27,110 nt of DNA from an uncultured Bacillota bacterium (GTDB taxonomy: Bacteria > Bacillota > Clostridia > UBA1381). Location: positions 1-27,110 of the forward strand of contig CASFSH010000013.1 in assembly GCA_949297205.1 (NCBI GenBank). Reading direction: 5' to 3'. Under the pieces are notes generated by a model that was not told where the DNA came from, ran no database searches, and saw nothing but the letters and a program-made list of their open reading frames with translations. Shown here piece by piece: positions 24,981-27,110 of this stretch. Each line of letters starts with the position of its first letter. Positions within the stretch are counted from its first letter, which is position 1. A program made the translations under genes and the position numbers.

Positions 24981-26846
24981 ATGATGAAACTTAAAAATAT
25001 AACTGTTCAATTAGGTGGTTTTCATGATCACTGGCTAAGAAACGGAACCGAAGTTTCAACACTGCTTATGGCTGCAATGCAGTATTTTCATTATGATTTC
25101 ATATGCCTTATGGATAGTGATTTCGGTGAAAAAGCATTAAAAGAAAAAAGCGATATTGAACGCTGGATGCCTGGCAAAAAAGTATTTTTAGGCGTTGAAC
25201 TTATGTATGACTGGGGTCATGTTGTCACTGTCCAAAATTCATGCAAGGATTTTGATTTAGCAAATCCTGACTGGCGTACAGAATTACAAAAAATACACAA
25301 AGGCGGAGGTTTTGTTGCACTTGCTCATATCGGCTATCCATACGGTGATACCGAACCAACATTTAAAGATAAGGAAATTGATGAAATAATTGAAAACGAT
25401 TATACCGACGCTGTTCAGCTTGAAAGAGTGACCGACTGGCAATGGGTTGAAAAAAGAGCTAACAGAGGTGACAAGCTTCCCTTGGTCGGTGGTTGGGATG
25501 CTCATCGTTTATATGACATCTATGATAACGAGGCTAATCTTTATACTAAAAACTGTACTCCTGAAAATCAGATTGACTCAGCTCCCGGAATGAGAACTAT
25601 CGTTTTTGCAGAGGACAATTCTCTTGAATCGATAAAAAAAGCAATACGAGAAGGAAAAAGCGTTTTAGAACACGTTGAAACAAGCAAGCTGTACGGGAGT
25701 CCTGAACTTATCAACACACTCATCGAAAATGGTTATTTTGAAAAAATCAAAGAATTATCAGATAAGCAAAACGAGCTTATTTTAAAAAATGACATTCTCA
25801 CAGCTTATACCGGTGCCAAATTACAATTCCCCGGCAAAGGTACTGTAACTGTTCCTTATGACAATGATATGTCTTGCAAAGAATTAGAAACAGATGAAAA
25901 CGGAATTTTAACACTTGATTCAGCTCCATTACCCGCCATGCTTGATTTTTCACATCTTCCATTCCGCTGGAAAGGTGATAAAGGTGAAAGAATGTGGGCT
26001 GTTAAGGTAGAAAACAATATCCAATACATTGTTATACCTAAAATTATGAACGGAAAAAGGTATCTTACTGTTAAACTATTAAAAGACCTTGAATGTGATA
26101 TTACAGTACATGAGCCAATACAATATGAAGGAAGAGTCAGTGCGAAAAAAGATGATGAACTGATTTGTTTAGAAATTCCTGATGAAGTTCCTGATATTTT
26201 TAATATTTCTTTTGAGTTAAACGCTGTTAACGGAGGTTATTCCGAATATAGCAAAAAAACAGGCATTGCAATTGCAAAAAGTAACAACAAAGACTGGTCA
26301 GAGTGTCCCCTTTATTATGCCAACACGCAAGAGCAATGCGGAGGCTTTGGAAGTAACAGACCTTACCCCGGCGAAGATGTATTCAGCGGAAAAGCACAGT
26401 TTAAGTGGGATGAAAAATTTTTATATGTGAAATTTGATATTGTGGACGAAATTCATATCGCCCCTCCTTCAGGACATTGGATGTACCGTTCTGACTGTAT
26501 CTGCATAAGCTTTGACCCTAAGCTTATGAGAAATAAAAGCTTCAAAGATTTATCAGGCTTTATGATAGGCTTTCCTGAAGAAGGTCCTGAAATAGTCGGT
26601 ATTACAAACCTCGAAGAAGAAGCAGGACTTTTTCATGAAGAAACCCCTAAAGGAAGAATTGTTACTGCATATCTTCCATGGGATAAAATAGGAGCAAAAC
26701 CTGAAAAAGGACTTCACATAGGAATACATTTTAGCTTTCTTAACGACAATGGTACAGGTCTACTTGATAATGTTCATTGGCCGATGCCGGCTGAAAATGG
26801 GAGAATGGAACAGGCATGGGATTTCGGAATATTATATTTAAATTAA
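24981..26846 (+). CDS. PHP-like metal-dependent phosphoesterase fused to a C-terminal CBM9/DOMON-like sugar-binding domain (621 aa, no signal peptide)
   Basis: PHP-type motifs FHDH, GVEL, GHV, LAH and GWDAH. C-terminal FSGKAQFKWDEKFLYVKFDIVDE..DCICISFDP resembles CBM9-like domains. The start could be 24981 or 24984. Confidence 0.7.
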   Translation: MMKLKNITVQLGGFHDHWLRNGTEVSTLLMAAMQYFHYDFICLMDSDFGEKALKEKSDIERWMPGKKVFLGVELMYDWGHVVTVQNSCKDFDLANPDWRTELQKIHKGGGFVALAHIGYPYGDTEPTFKDKEIDEIIENDYTDAVQLERVTDWQWVEKRANRGDKLPLVGGWDAHRLYDIYDNEANLYTKNCTPENQIDSAPGMRTIVFAEDNSLESIKKAIREGKSVLEHVETSKLYGSPELINTLIENGYFEKIKELSDKQNELILKNDILTAYTGAKLQFPGKGTVTVPYDNDMSCKELETDENGILTLDSAPLPAMLDFSHLPFRWKGDKGERMWAVKVENNIQYIVIPKIMNGKRYLTVKLLKDLECDITVHEPIQYEGRVSAKKDDELICLEIPDEVPDIFNISFELNAVNGGYSEYSKKTGIAIAKSNNKDWSECPLYYANTQEQCGGFGSNRPYPGEDVFSGKAQFKWDEKFLYVKFDIVDEIHIAPPSGHWMYRSDCICISFDPKLMRNKSFKDLSGFMIGFPEEGPEIVGITNLEEEAGLFHEETPKGRIVTAYLPWDKIGAKPEKGLHIGIHFSFLNDNGTGLLDNVHWPMPAENGRMEQAWDFGILYLN

Positions 26847-26909
26847 AGAATAATAATCCACTGGCTCAGCGATTGTGTTTTGTTGTTCATCATTTTGCTG
26901 AATTATTTA

Positions 26910-26966
26910 AGATGGGGCTGTTGCAAATGAGCATTTTTAAGATGCTCATTTGCAACAGCCCCATCT
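26910..26966. repeat. Perfect 25-bp inverted repeat (possible bidirectional terminator or fused IS-end relic)
   Basis: AGATGGGGCTGTTGCAAATGAGCAT (26910-26934), 7-nt loop, exact reverse complement at 26942-26966. Confidence 0.8.
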
Positions 26967-26991
26967 GTGAAAAAGCATATATTTTGATAGA

Positions 26992-27110
26992 ATTCTACTA
27001 AGGCGCTCTATCGCATTAGTTATGTGAATGACCTTTCTGACCTCCACTGAAAATTTAAACACTGATGTTAGTGCTTCCAAATATTTTTCCCACCGGTTCA
27101 TCGCACTTTG
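26992..27110 (-). pseudogene. IS256-family (Mutator) transposase fragment, running off the window edge
   Basis: Minus frame from 27110 reads QSAMNRWEKYLEALTSVFKFSVEVRKVIHITNAIERLSR, resembling the IS256 motif FKFxxEVRKVIYTTNAIESLN. Similarity is then lost and the frame stops at 26948-26946, so the normal C-terminus is missing. Not in the supplied ORF track. Confidence 0.75.

Noticed and set aside
26816-27001. 61-aa plus-strand ORF
   Set aside because: It overlaps the PHP gene end and the palindrome, with no RBS or motif.
1-27110. tRNA, rRNA, CRISPR arrays or intact transposases/integrases
   Set aside because: None recognised by eye. Nearly all the sequence is accounted for by protein-coding genes and short intergenic regions.

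Overview
AT-rich DNA typical of a Clostridia-like Firmicute (GGAGG ribosome-binding sites, SLH domains, sigma-A-type promoters). The core is a ~21.9 kb run of seven co-oriented minus-strand genes (22921->1041, ~7000 aa). All seven begin with a signal peptide. In transcription order they are: a 918-aa modular protein with no recognisable catalytic domain; a 1542-aa modular protein ending in an SGNH esterase; two large right-handed beta-helix (GH141-like) proteins; two SLH-domain proteins; and a protein with a copper-amine-oxidase-N-type domain. The three upstream proteins share an unnamed ~190-285-aa module (7 copies), a helical spacer, and a ~100-aa 'A(V/L)Y...K(V/A/I)(F/Y)xW...M' module. A divergent unit encodes an AraC regulator, a Cof-like HAD phosphatase and a PHP-like/CBM9-like protein. 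No transporter is present. Mobile-element debris occurs at three places: a chimeric ICE sigma-like/phage tape-measure-like ORF at the left end, a miniature IS110 remnant abutting a REP-like hairpin element inside the operon (14762-15280), and an IS256 fragment plus a perfect 25-bp palindrome at the right end. Family calls come from motif recognition by eye, not database searches, and domain boundaries are approximate.
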